A stretch of DNA of 64,000 nt from an uncultured Planctomycetia bacterium (GTDB lineage Bacteria > Omnitrophota > Gorgyraeia > Duberdicusellales > 4484-171), in the NCBI GenBank assembly GCA_964489445.1, contig CAZAYU010000001.1, positions 442,480 to 506,479 of the forward strand, given 5' to 3'. How positions within the stretch are numbered: the first letter of the stretch is position 1; each line of letters starts with the position of its first letter. Positions 20,080-29,730 of this stretch are shown here, piece after piece. A program made the translations under genes and the position numbers. The notes under the pieces are model-generated. The model was not told where the DNA came from. It did not search any database and was given only the letters and a program-made list of their open reading frames with translations.

Positions 20080-21957
20080 TTATGATTTCACTAAACGCTT
20101 AATTTCCTCAATTTTTTCTTGCGCTGCATCTTCACCTCTTTTTACAAATTCTTTGATTCTGCCAAACTCCGTCCATCCCAGCCCTTCAAGATTCGGATGA
20201 ATAATTACATCTGCTGCTTTCAGTGCCTGACTGATAAATTGATACTGCATAGTTTCAATGCTACCAAAAATAAAATCAAATACATGAAAACTTTTTCTTC
20301 TTTTGTGCTCCCTTAATGCTTCAGTTTGAGAAAGAGTAATATCACAAGCAATAATCTTGTGTATCCCATATTTTAAGAGAACCTCTGCCGGAAGCGGCTC
20401 TAAGATGCCTCCGTCTAAAAAAATATCTTGTTTAAATTTTACCGGTTCAAAAATTCCCGGAAAAGCACAACTAGCCGCAACAGCTTTATACACTAACCCA
20501 GTTTCCAAAATAACTGTTTTTCGTTTAAAAAAACTAAACGCCGCAATTTTAAATGTATGGTTTAAATCTTGAAAAGTTAAATTTTTAAATACACTTTTAA
20601 ATATACCTTCCAGATGCTTGGCTTTAATAATCCCTTTAAACGGAATGGAAAACCCCAGTGCTGAAAACCTTCCTATTTTTTTACCTAAATCACCGGCTTT
20701 TTTCTCAATATCCGAAGAACTAAACCCGCAAGCCCATAATGCACCAATAACTGCTCCCATGCTTGTACCGGAAATAGCATCTACTTCGATGCCCTCACGT
20801 TCAAAAACTCGCAAAATTCCAATATGCGAAAATCCATATGCTGCCCCGCTTCCTAACGAAACGCCTAAAGATACTCCTCCGGTTTCTCGGGCAATTCTTC
20901 TTAACGCATTGGAATAAGTCTCTGATAAGGATCCGGGTAAAGTCGCATAGATATATTTGTTTGCTATTACTTTTTGATTAGAAAGAAAATGGTGTTTTCT
21001 CTTGTCATCTTTGATTGCTATTAATTGAATTTTTTCTTCACCTGTAGCATCAACTTTTTCAATGTGGATTATCAACTCTTCAGCCATCTTAGACTGCTTA
21101 AGTTCAGGAATAAATATTAGATGTATAATGTCAGCTGGTAAAATAAATTTATTAGAAAACCGATAAACTAAATCATGGGAAATATTGTATAGAATGAAAT
21201 GATAGCTTTCTGAGAGAAAATTCAAAAGAGAGAGAAAATTATCATTACAACCTGCACTTAGGACAAGCTGGTCAACTTCATTGTTGTTTACATAATCAAA
21301 CAGTGTTTCTTCGGAGAATTTTTCTAGCTTTAGAACATTGCCTTCGTTATTAGAGCTTTGCTGGATATTGAAATTTTTTTTGTTATTACCTTGCAAAGAA
21401 AAAAGAACTTGAACACAGATAATTTTTTTCTTAGTTTGTTTTTTTAATTCTATCGCCAAATTAAACAAATATCCGGATTTATTTTCGCTAGATAAATCAA
21501 TAACTCCGATTTTTTTAGACTGGAATATTCTCTTTGGCTTAAACCTTGCCTTTACTCTTTGGGAAAGGATCTTGGAAATATCCAAAGAAATCAAAGGATT
21601 TTTTTTGAGAAATTTTTTAAACTCGCTGTTTTTAACACGCAAAACAAGCGAACTTTCAATAGACCGAGCAGTTACTGAGTGTGGCTCGTCAGTAAATAAA
21701 GAAATAATTCCGAAACAAGTCCCCCGCTTAATAATCTCTATGCCTTCTTCCTGCCCTTTAACTTTGATAGAAACCCCCACTCTGCCTTTCAGTAATAAAT
21801 AGAAATAATCCGGAGCATCGCCTTCCTGATATATAGTTTCCACATTTTTATACTCTTTAATTTCACAAATATTAATTAAAGAGCGTAATTGCCAGTGCCC
21901 TAGTTTGCTAAACGGCGGGCTATTACCCAAAATAAAGCTTATTTCTTTTTTATCCAT
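20080..21957 (-). CDS. Cyclic-nucleotide-binding domain + patatin-like phospholipase (NTE-like)
   Basis: An N-terminal cNMP-binding fold (FYLLLKGRVGV...GTCFGIISLF) is joined to a C-terminal patatin domain with the oxyanion GSGAAYG, GTSMG (GxSxG) and DGG. Confidence 0.8.
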   Translation of the reverse strand: MDKKEISFILGNSPPFSKLGHWQLRSLINICEIKEYKNVETIYQEGDAPDYFYLLLKGRVGVSIKVKGQEEGIEIIKRGTCFGIISLFTDEPHSVTARSIESSLVLRVKNSEFKKFLKKNPLISLDISKILSQRVKARFKPKRIFQSKKIGVIDLSSENKSGYLFNLAIELKKQTKKKIICVQVLFSLQGNNKKNFNIQQSSNNEGNVLKLEKFSEETLFDYVNNNEVDQLVLSAGCNDNFLSLLNFLSESYHFILYNISHDLVYRFSNKFILPADIIHLIFIPELKQSKMAEELIIHIEKVDATGEEKIQLIAIKDDKRKHHFLSNQKVIANKYIYATLPGSLSETYSNALRRIARETGGVSLGVSLGSGAAYGFSHIGILRVFEREGIEVDAISGTSMGAVIGALWACGFSSSDIEKKAGDLGKKIGRFSALGFSIPFKGIIKAKHLEGIFKSVFKNLTFQDLNHTFKIAAFSFFKRKTVILETGLVYKAVAASCAFPGIFEPVKFKQDIFLDGGILEPLPAEVLLKYGIHKIIACDITLSQTEALREHKRRKSFHVFDFIFGSIETMQYQFISQALKAADVIIHPNLEGLGWTEFGRIKEFVKRGEDAAQEKIEEIKRLVKS

Positions 21958-22061
21958 AAATTTATAATTAAAAATAAATTAGTATTACATATGTAGTATT
22001 TATTATTAGGTATATAGCATCGAGTATTGCGTACAATTGCTAAAACATAAAAACAGATCTT

Positions 22062-22125
22062 TTCTTTCTAAACCTCACCCTTAACCTTTCTTCTTCTCTT
22101 CTACTTTTTCCTTTAACCTTTAACC
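22062..22125 (-). repeat. Pyrimidine-rich (plus-strand) tract upstream of the patatin gene
   Basis: The region is CT-rich with repeated aacctt motifs. It shows weaker similarity to the leader repeat family. Confidence 0.25.
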
Positions 22126-23355
22126 TTTATCATTTTCTTCCTGCCCAACATCCACCGTATTCTCTTTACATATTTTAGCATAAGTAAACGCAAACTTTCG
22201 TATTTTTCTTTCCATAGTTTGATAATCTACATCTAGCAACCCGAACCTATGTTTAAAACCTTTATCCCATTCGAAATTATCCAATAACGACCACCAAAAA
22301 TATCCTCTGATATCAGCTCCTTTTTCCCTTGCTTTGACTAAGCTTTTTATGTGACTAATTAAGAAATCTTCGTAATAACCTTCTTCTTTCTCCGCTGTTC
22401 CGTTTTCCGTAACAATAATCGGCAGCTTAAATTTGCTTACTGCTGTAAGCACTTTAAGAAAACCTTGTGAATAAACATTCCAGCCAAGATGGTTCACTCT
22501 TTCCGGAGCATTTTGATAATTACAGCTTTCGCCCCACAAACCTTTCGATTTAACATACTCCTTGCAATAATAATTTACTCCGATAAAGTCCAAACTCCGA
22601 CGCCGACAAAGATAGTCAACCATCCAAAAATTAAAAGATTTATTGCGTAAAAAAGCAGAAAAGGAATTAGCCAAAAAATTACCTTCCGGGCAACCAGAAA
22701 ACACTCGAAAATGTTTAGCTAAAGAAATCTGCGGTTTAGCCAAAGACCCTTGATAAATGCTATTTATTTCTTGATATCCAACAAGATAAGCATTCAATAT
22801 ATTTTTTAAAGCTTTCCGGGCATCTACTAATGATTTTTTTCCCGGAGGCCAGATGCCAGATAAAAAACCGTTATAAATATAAACTAATGGCTCATTAAAA
22901 ATAAGCCAAGTATCGACTTTATCTTTCAAAGACCCAACTATTGTCTTTAGATAAGTAATAAAATAATCAACACTCTTAGGGCCAAGCCAGCCTCCTTCAC
23001 CCATAAACCAAAGTGGATTAGTGAAATGATGCAAAGTAACCACGGGCTTGATGCCTTGCTCCAGTAAACAATCTATAACTTTTTGATAATGAGCTATTTC
23101 TTGCTCTGAGACAATATTGCTGGCAGGATAAATTCGAGGCCACTCTACAGACAGCCTTACTGATTTAAGATTAAGTTCTCTGGCTAACTTGAAATCTTTT
23201 TCAAACAAATTGTAGTGATCACAAGCTCGCCCTGCTTCCTCTAACTTCTTCTCTTTTTCCCAGCTAAACCAATCCGAATTAAAATTACCTCCTTCGCATT
23301 GATATCCTGAAAGAGACGCACCCCATAAAAAAGAGGAAGGAAATTTAATCTGCAT
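22120..23355 (-). CDS. Glycoside hydrolase family 1 beta-glucosidase (no signal peptide)
   Basis: FLWGASLSGYQCEG, the acid/base LIFNEPL and the nucleophile IVTENG are all present. Confidence 0.85.
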   Translation of the reverse strand: MQIKFPSSFLWGASLSGYQCEGGNFNSDWFSWEKEKKLEEAGRACDHYNLFEKDFKLARELNLKSVRLSVEWPRIYPASNIVSEQEIAHYQKVIDCLLEQGIKPVVTLHHFTNPLWFMGEGGWLGPKSVDYFITYLKTIVGSLKDKVDTWLIFNEPLVYIYNGFLSGIWPPGKKSLVDARKALKNILNAYLVGYQEINSIYQGSLAKPQISLAKHFRVFSGCPEGNFLANSFSAFLRNKSFNFWMVDYLCRRRSLDFIGVNYYCKEYVKSKGLWGESCNYQNAPERVNHLGWNVYSQGFLKVLTAVSKFKLPIIVTENGTAEKEEGYYEDFLISHIKSLVKAREKGADIRGYFWWSLLDNFEWDKGFKHRFGLLDVDYQTMERKIRKFAFTYAKICKENTVDVGQEENDKG

Positions 23356-23415
23356 ACACTTAAAATTAGAAATTTTATTTTAGTCAATTAGCAAAAGCGC
23401 ATTTTTTATCGACCT

Positions 23416-23811
23416 TTAATCAGCAAGAGCTTCTAGAGCTGCATCGTTGTTGTTAGAAGAAAATATAATTATCGATGATTTTCCCGGTTCTGCGGTTGTG
23501 CCATATATATAATTAAGATCAATTTCGCGCGCCTTAAGTTTGGCAACAAGCATCGCAAGCTGTCCGATTTCATCCGGCAAATTTACAATAATTACTTCTT
23601 TTTCTTCAATATTCCCTAGCCCCTTAAGAGCCTCTTTAATCTTACTATTATCGGAAGTCACTAACCTGAAAAAAGCTTTGCTGTCTGCTGCCCAAGCAGA
23701 AACACTTTTAATATTTACTCCGCTACCAGTAATTGCTCCGGCTACTTCGGCTAATTTACCGGTTTTATTTTCAGTTCCAATAAGCATCTCGATAGCTTTT
23801 TCTCCCTGCAT
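23416..23811 (-). CDS. Tandem ACT-domain small protein
   Basis: Two repeats of about 65 aa each carry an ACT-like G-x-G ligand-binding loop. The protein is 131 aa. Confidence 0.45.
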   Translation of the reverse strand: MQGEKAIEMLIGTENKTGKLAEVAGAITGSGVNIKSVSAWAADSKAFFRLVTSDNSKIKEALKGLGNIEEKEVIIVNLPDEIGQLAMLVAKLKAREIDLNYIYGTTAEPGKSSIIIFSSNNNDAALEALAD

Positions 23812-24016
23812 GTTTTCCTCCTTTTTGAAGCTATACTTATAATCTTATTAAATTCTATAGCAAAATATTAATTGTTCAAGCCATTTGTTCATTTCATAAA
23901 CTACGATCATCCCAGTACAAAGTCTATTCTTTCTATTTTTATTTCGCCTGAACAAAAATAATAAATAAGAATAATCTGGTTTATATTTTAAAATTTTATG
24001 ATACTATACTTAGCAT

Positions 24017-25969
24017 ATGAAAACTTACAAGTTATCCCCCTTTTTTTCTGATGCAGAAATAGACTACAACGAAAATTTAAATCCTCAGCAATTACAGGTA
24101 GTAACAGAGTCTGAAGGGCCTTCTTTAGTCCTTGCCGGAGCCGGAAGCGGAAAAACAAGAGTTTTAATCTACCGGTTGGCTTATCTTCTCAAAAAAGGAA
24201 TTTTACCTAGAAATATACTTCTGGTTACTTTTACTAATCGAGCAGCTAACGAGATGCTTTATCGTGCAGAAACACTTCTTAAATCAACGCTTACAAACCT
24301 CTGGGCTGGAACATTTCATCACATCGGCAATATCACGTTAAGAAGGGAGGCGCGTAGTTTAGGATATTCTTCTAGCTTTACTATCCTTGACAAAGAAGAC
24401 GCTAAAGATTTAATTTCTGATTGCCTTCAAGAACTAGGTGTTAACAAAAAAGATAAACTGCTTCCTAAAAAAGAAGTTATTTACAATCTAAACAGTTTAG
24501 CATCCAGCTCTCAAAAGCCAGTAGAAAAAATAATTAGCCAATCATACTCTAAGCTTGAAGAGTACACCTCCTTAATAAAAAAAACATTAATTCTTTATAT
24601 ACGCAAGAAACAAGAAACCAATGTTATGGACTTTGGCGATCTTCTCACTAATTGGTTAAAAATATTACAAAATGAAGAAACTCGAAAAAAATACGCAGAT
24701 AACTTTCAGTATCTTCTTGTCGATGAATATCAAGACACCAATAAACTGCAATTTGAAATATTAAAACTGCTTGCTTCCGAAAATAAAAATATTTTAGCTG
24801 TAGGCGACGATGCTCAATCAATATATTCTTTCCGGGCTGCGGAAATAAACAATATTCTAAATTTTCCTAAAACATTTTCCGGAACAAAAATTTATAAATT
24901 ACAAACAAATTACCGCTCCAGCCCACAAATTCTCTCACTGGCTAACGAGATCATAAAACATAATGTCAATCAATTCCCTAAAGTTTTAAAGGCTGTCAAA
25001 GCATCCGGAGAAATGCCTTACATTGTAAAAACAAAAGATGTCTATCAGCAAGCTAGATTCATCGGGCAAAGAGTATTAGAGCTAAATTCTGAAGGAATTC
25101 CTCTAAAGGAAACTGCTATTCTTTTTCGTTCACGCTTCCAAGCATTGGAATTGGAAATGGAATTGTTCAAAAGAAATATTCCGTATATCGTAAGGGGAGG
25201 TTTAAGATTTTTTGAACAAGCCCACATAAAAGACGTACTCTCATATTTAAAAATAATCATCAACCCACAAGATGAGCTTGCATTTAAGCGGGCAATTTGC
25301 TTACATAAAGGAATAGGCAGAGGCTATTCTCATAAAATATGGAAAAAACTAATTAAAGAAAAAAAGTGTTCATCCCAAGTAGGAGAATCGCTGCCTACCC
25401 GACAACGAAAAGGATTTGAAGATTTTTTTCCTCTTTTTGAAAGCTTAAAAACACTGAAACATCCAGAACTTTGTCTTCGGGAAATTTTAAAAACATATCA
25501 TGATTACTGCTATCTTTCTTTTGATAACGCTGATGAACGCTTTCTCGACTTAGAAGAATTAGCCAAAATGGCTTCTAGCTATTCTACATTAAAGACTTTT
25601 CTCCTCGACTTAGGATCGTTTGAAGAATTCAAGGGTGGAACTACTTTAAGCGGAGCACAAAAAGACGAAGCATTGGTGCTCTCCACTATTCATCAGGCAA
25701 AAGGTCTTGAATGGGAAGCAGTATTTATTATTGGCTTCTGTGACTATGATTTTCCGCATCCTAAAGCCCTAAACTCCGAAGGGGCCCTTGAAGAAGAAAG
25801 AAGACTTTTTTATGTAGCAGCTACGCGCAGCAAATCTATCCTGCATATCACTTATCCGCAGATGAAGTACACTTTTAAAAACGGATTAGTTATCACCCGG
25901 CCCTCGATGTTTTTTTATGAGCTTCCCCCACACACTTACGAAGAAATCCAGATTGAAGAAGGATTTTAA
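24017..25969 (+). CDS. ATP-dependent DNA helicase of the UvrD/PcrA/Rep family
   Basis: Walker A LVLAGAGSGKTRVL is present with UvrD helicase motifs through to the C-terminus, over 650 aa. Confidence 0.85.
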   Translation: MKTYKLSPFFSDAEIDYNENLNPQQLQVVTESEGPSLVLAGAGSGKTRVLIYRLAYLLKKGILPRNILLVTFTNRAANEMLYRAETLLKSTLTNLWAGTFHHIGNITLRREARSLGYSSSFTILDKEDAKDLISDCLQELGVNKKDKLLPKKEVIYNLNSLASSSQKPVEKIISQSYSKLEEYTSLIKKTLILYIRKKQETNVMDFGDLLTNWLKILQNEETRKKYADNFQYLLVDEYQDTNKLQFEILKLLASENKNILAVGDDAQSIYSFRAAEINNILNFPKTFSGTKIYKLQTNYRSSPQILSLANEIIKHNVNQFPKVLKAVKASGEMPYIVKTKDVYQQARFIGQRVLELNSEGIPLKETAILFRSRFQALELEMELFKRNIPYIVRGGLRFFEQAHIKDVLSYLKIIINPQDELAFKRAICLHKGIGRGYSHKIWKKLIKEKKCSSQVGESLPTRQRKGFEDFFPLFESLKTLKHPELCLREILKTYHDYCYLSFDNADERFLDLEELAKMASSYSTLKTFLLDLGSFEEFKGGTTLSGAQKDEALVLSTIHQAKGLEWEAVFIIGFCDYDFPHPKALNSEGALEEERRLFYVAATRSKSILHITYPQMKYTFKNGLVITRPSMFFYELPPHTYEEIQIEEGF

Positions 25970-26006
25970 TACTTCCGGTTGGCAATAATAAAGTTCCACT
26001 AATTTA

Positions 26007-26468
26007 TTACGTAGAATAAAAATCTAGCCAAAAATCAGAATCGTCTATATCAAAAACTAATTCTAATTGTAAATCAGCCACCGCACTTTGAAAATTACTT
26101 CTTTGGATGGTAAACGGTACAACCAATACTCCCAGTAAAATAATTATTGATACAAATGCTAACTGTACCGGATAGGACACCCTAAGGCGCAAGCTTTTAT
26201 TAATTGCATTGCAAGCTGTCTTAACGCGTGAAAACAAATCATCACGAACCCCACCCATTGCTTCCACCTTTTTAGCAATATCGACAATATCACGACTATC
26301 AATATTCAAAGGTTTTCGATCAATGTCAAAAAGCATCTCTTCCAAGGCACTATACTGCTTCCGGCACACTGAACATTGTTTAATATGTATCTTGAGCATT
26401 TCTTGGCGAACACTTTCTGAATCTTTATAGTGCAAAAGAATTAATTCATCCTTACTCGGACAATTCAT
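26007..26468 (-). CDS. Anti-sigma factor of the zf-HC2 type, membrane-anchored
   Basis: The probable start is MNCPSKDEL. It has the H..C..C zinc motif (HIKQCSVCRK) and one TM segment, and it overlaps the end of the upstream ECF sigma gene. Confidence 0.6.
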   Translation of the reverse strand: MNCPSKDELILLHYKDSESVRQEMLKIHIKQCSVCRKQYSALEEMLFDIDRKPLNIDSRDIVDIAKKVEAMGGVRDDLFSRVKTACNAINKSLRLRVSYPVQLAFVSIIILLGVLVVPFTIQRSNFQSAVADLQLELVFDIDDSDFWLDFYST

Positions 26469-27015
26469 GTTGCGCCTCCTGTCTTTTTCTAATATTATCA
26501 ACCGCTCTTTCTAGGTGAGTTTTCACGCTGCTAGCTGAACACTTTAAGATTTCGGCAATCTCTTTAATTTTAAATCCTTGATAATGTTTTAAGATAAACA
26601 CATTTTTTTGTCTTAAAGGCAAACCCGATACAATTTTTTCTATTAAACGTTTTTTATCTCTTACTAATACTTCTTCCCTTAAGTCAGGATTTTTCCGAAA
26701 ATCTTCAGTGTAACGAATTTTCAAATTATAATTTCTGTTTCTTCTTCTTAATGAATCTATTGAAGAATTCATTGTCACTCGATATATCCAGCTGGAAAAC
26801 TTAGCTTCTCGTCTAAAAAAATGTAATTTTTTATATAAAATTAAAAGAACTGACTGTAAAACATCTTTGGCACTTTCTAAATTACCCGTATAGCGATAAG
26901 CGATATTTACAATATCTTGCCCGATTAAAACCGCCAACTCCGTAAACGACTCGCTATTTCCTTTTCGGAAGCTATCTGCGAGCTTATTTATTGTTTCCTC
27001 TTTATGGACAAGCAT
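26452..27015 (-). CDS. RNA polymerase sigma-70 factor, ECF subfamily
   Basis: Carries sigma-70 regions 2 and 4 and an ECF-type region 2 (WIYRVTMN), and is 187 aa. Confidence 0.85.
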   Translation of the reverse strand: MLVHKEETINKLADSFRKGNSESFTELAVLIGQDIVNIAYRYTGNLESAKDVLQSVLLILYKKLHFFRREAKFSSWIYRVTMNSSIDSLRRRNRNYNLKIRYTEDFRKNPDLREEVLVRDKKRLIEKIVSGLPLRQKNVFILKHYQGFKIKEIAEILKCSASSVKTHLERAVDNIRKRQEAQHELSE

Positions 27016-27069
27016 ACACTAATTCTACCTTAAATATCCCTCCCGGCAATCAAACAAATCATTTATGAC

Positions 27070-27834
27070 TTATTTCTCTTCCTCATTCTCAAGCGTACCG
27101 ATTAACTCTTGATAAGCATCCGGATTCTCTTCCTTAAGCCATCTTAATTTTTCCTTTAAGTATTCCGGTTTAAGTTTTTTAAGCTTATTAAATTTTCCTG
27201 GATAACGCTTTTTCCCCTTAACTACTCTTTGTCCAAGTTCGTCTTTCGCGCTTTGAATAACCTCGGTATACTCTTGAGGGTTATCTTCGCGAAGCTTTGC
27301 TAATTCATCATATTTTGCTTTTATCGCTTTACTTAAATATTTCTGATATTTTTCTCTTAGCGCAACAATCTTTTTCTGCTGTGACTTAGAAAGAGTTTCA
27401 AAAATTAACCCTTTTTGCAATTTACCATTATTTTTCCTTTGAGGCATCTTAGTCAGCTGCGCTTTACATTCAGCCATATTTTTCTGGAAATGTTTATTTT
27501 TCCTTGATCTTCTTCTTTTCTTTTGCAAACTACTTTGAGCCTCTATCAACACTTCCTTAAACTCTAAAGGGTTCTCATCTCTCATCCTTAGTAACTCTTC
27601 CTTTCTTTGCCTAAGTTTAATCCCCAAAACTTCTTTGAATTTTTCTCTGTCTTCTACTTTTAACACCATAATTTCTGATATTTCTTCCTCTGACAAAGTT
27701 TCTAGAACTAAAACGGCTATCCGCCGCTTATTATTCATAGCCTCGTTATTTTCGGCAAAACAATGACCAATCAACACAAAACAAACCCCCCACACCACTA
27801 ATAAGTTGAATGCTACCTTTTTCATTTCAAACAC
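27070..27834 (-). CDS. Secreted lysine/glutamate-rich protein with three internal 'ENP..Y.E.I' repeats
   Basis: Signal peptide ending ..HCFA. The repeats are RDENPLEFKEVLIEAQ, REDNPQEYTEVIQSAKDE and KEENPDAYQELIGTLENE. It is the first gene of the ECF sigma operon. Confidence 0.5.
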   Translation of the reverse strand: MFEMKKVAFNLLVVWGVCFVLIGHCFAENNEAMNNKRRIAVLVLETLSEEEISEIMVLKVEDREKFKEVLGIKLRQRKEELLRMRDENPLEFKEVLIEAQSSLQKKRRRSRKNKHFQKNMAECKAQLTKMPQRKNNGKLQKGLIFETLSKSQQKKIVALREKYQKYLSKAIKAKYDELAKLREDNPQEYTEVIQSAKDELGQRVVKGKKRYPGKFNKLKKLKPEYLKEKLRWLKEENPDAYQELIGTLENEEEK

Positions 27835-27889
27835 CTCCTGTTTATTTTAAATAAATCACCAATTATTGCCCTTTTCCTCTCCTATACAA

Positions 27890-27918
27890 TTAGACGCTGC
27901 ATTTATAAAAAAAGTTGA
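27890..27918 (-). promoter_or_regulatory. Candidate ECF-type promoter (AAC-N16-CGTC) for the secreted-protein / sigma / anti-sigma operon
   Basis: The minus-sense strand reads TCAACTT, then a 16-nt spacer, then CGTCTAA. This lies about 55 nt upstream of the ATG, with a GGAGG SD. Confidence 0.35.
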
Positions 27919-28041
27919 CACAGCTCTTAAAATATTATTTAATACCCACAGAAAGATAGTCGAGGTAATAATAGATGCTACTCATCAATCAACCTTAGAT
28001 ATAAACAATTACTCGGCAAACAAAGAATAGACAAACTTAGG

Positions 28042-28512
28042 ATGCAAATGGATTATTCAAAAAAACTGATTGCTATTTTAAAAAAGAAAAAACTTTCCTT
28101 ATCTTTTGCTGAATCATGCAGCGGTGGCTATGTTTCTTTTTTAATTACTAAAGTTCCCGGATGTTCAGAAGTATTTAAGGGATCAGCTGTTGTTTATTCA
28201 TTAGATACAAAAAATGCATTATTTAAATTACCCAAAGCACTCTTAAAAAAAAGCCAAGGAGTCTCCAGGAAAGTTTCCAGTCTGCTAGCTGAAAAAGTAA
28301 AAATAACATTCAACAGTTCTGTTGGTGCGTCTATAGTTGGTTTTGCCGGCCCTAAAACAAAAAAAGGAGTAAAAGCTGGAACTGTATATCTGGCAGTAAG
28401 CTTTAACCAAAAAACATTTATTAAAAAAATAATTATTCCTGGCTCTCGCGATGCTGTACGCAGAAAAGCAAGCCAAATACTAATTGAGATGGTTTATAAT
28501 ACACTTGTTTAG
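28042..28512 (+). CDS. CinA C-terminal domain protein (nicotinamide-nucleotide amidase PncC-like)
   Basis: LSFAESCSGG motif is present. The protein is 156 aa and is followed by thpR, as in cinA-ligT arrangements. Confidence 0.8.
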   Translation: MQMDYSKKLIAILKKKKLSLSFAESCSGGYVSFLITKVPGCSEVFKGSAVVYSLDTKNALFKLPKALLKKSQGVSRKVSSLLAEKVKITFNSSVGASIVGFAGPKTKKGVKAGTVYLAVSFNQKTFIKKIIIPGSRDAVRRKASQILIEMVYNTLV

Positions 28513-28594
28513 TCTAAAGAAGATGCACCCAAAATAAAACTACTGCTATTAAAAAACATAGACTTTTTAGTATATACTGCATATTTACAACCCA

Positions 28595-29152
28595 ATGTTA
28601 CCAATGAGATTATTTATTGCCATTAACTTACCCTCTAAGATAAAGGAAAAAATTGCCTTCATTCAAAATACTTTACGAGATTGTAAATTAAACGCTAAGT
28701 GGGTTAACCCACCAAATATCCATCTAACTCTTAAATTCTTAGGAAGTATTCCGAAAAGAAAAGTTCCAAAAATAAAAGAAGCGCTAGATAACACAGCTAT
28801 TAAATTTAAAGTTTTTGACTTAGCGTTAAGTGGCTTTGGTTTTTTCCCCAACGATAGGCAACCACGAATTTTTTTTATAAATACCGAAAAAGAAATAATA
28901 TTAGAGGATATCTACAAAAACTTAGAAGATAAATTAGAAGCTATTGGCTTCCAGAAACAGGCAAAATTTTCATCCCATATTACTTTAGCCCGCTTAAAAA
29001 CCACACAAAATATTAAGCAGTTTCAAGATAAGATAAAGAACATTTCGTTTGGTGAAACTTTTCTTGTGCAGAATATTGCTTTATATAAAAGCGTATTAAC
29101 TAAAGAAGGGCCAATTTACGAAATAATCGAAAGAAGCAGATTAACAGCCTGA
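28595..29152 (+). CDS. thpR: RNA 2',3'-cyclic phosphodiesterase (2H phosphoesterase LigT/ThpR)
   Basis: Two H-x-T/S-x motifs, HLTLKFLG and HITLARL, are present. Confidence 0.8.
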   Translation: MLPMRLFIAINLPSKIKEKIAFIQNTLRDCKLNAKWVNPPNIHLTLKFLGSIPKRKVPKIKEALDNTAIKFKVFDLALSGFGFFPNDRQPRIFFINTEKEIILEDIYKNLEDKLEAIGFQKQAKFSSHITLARLKTTQNIKQFQDKIKNISFGETFLVQNIALYKSVLTKEGPIYEIIERSRLTA

Positions 29153-29589
29153 ATAATACCCAAAGCATAAATTCCGGCTATTAAATCATCGCCAACAATT
29201 CCTAATGAACCGTGCAATTCTTCAATTTTATTAGCCGGAGGGATCTTGATCATATCCAGCATTCTAAATAAAAAAAATCCGCAGATTATAAATTCTAATC
29301 TCCGGGGAATAAATAAAAAAGTAACTAACATTCCAGAAAAATCATCAATTACAATTTTCTTACAATCCTTTACCCCATATAGCTTCTCTGCTTTTCCGGA
29401 TACCAGAAAAGCAACAACCAAAGACACTAATGTAATAATTAAAAAATAAAATTGACTCTTTACAAGCAAAAAAACCAATAATGCCACCACACAAGAAGCT
29501 GTTCCCGGCATCATCGGAAAATATCCTACCCCAGACAACGTTGCCAATATTAATATAGCTTTATCTCTCAAACTGTTATTTTTTTTCAT
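29116..29589 (-). CDS. pgpA: Phosphatidylglycerophosphatase A
   Basis: LSGVGYFPMMPGTASCVVALLVF matches the PgpA family. The 3' end overlaps thpR convergently. Confidence 0.8.
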   Translation of the reverse strand: MKKNNSLRDKAILILATLSGVGYFPMMPGTASCVVALLVFLLVKSQFYFLIITLVSLVVAFLVSGKAEKLYGVKDCKKIVIDDFSGMLVTFLFIPRRLEFIICGFFLFRMLDMIKIPPANKIEELHGSLGIVGDDLIAGIYALGIIQAVNLLLSIIS

Positions 29590-29730
29590 TACCCCTCGTT
29601 ATTGGTTAAATAATTAGTAGTTTTTATGATTAAAGATTACAAGATAAGAAATAATCATATCGTCTATCTTCCATCATCTATCGTCCATCGTTTTTTCACT
29701 TACCCCTTAATCCTTATCTCTTAATCCTAC
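29590..29730 (-). repeat. Purine-rich leader repeat carrying GATGGACGA / GATGATGGAAGATAG motifs, upstream of pgpA
   Basis: Minus-sense strand reads CGATGGACGATAGATGATGGAAGATAGACGATATG. It belongs to the same family as the 45.2, 59.9 and 62.5 kb leaders. Confidence 0.4.

Noticed and set aside
20080-21957. Interpretation of the cNMP-binding patatin as a CBASS / cyclic-oligonucleotide defence effector
   Set aside because: There is no CD-NTase, cyclase or other defence gene adjacent. It is flanked by rluA and a GH1 hydrolase. The architecture matches NTE-like lysophospholipases, so I kept it as a housekeeping call.
23812-24016. Possible leaderless start for the UvrD-like helicase (TATACT only 9 nt from the ATG)
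   Set aside because: It cannot be distinguished from chance AT-rich hexamers without 5'-end data. I did not report it as a feature.
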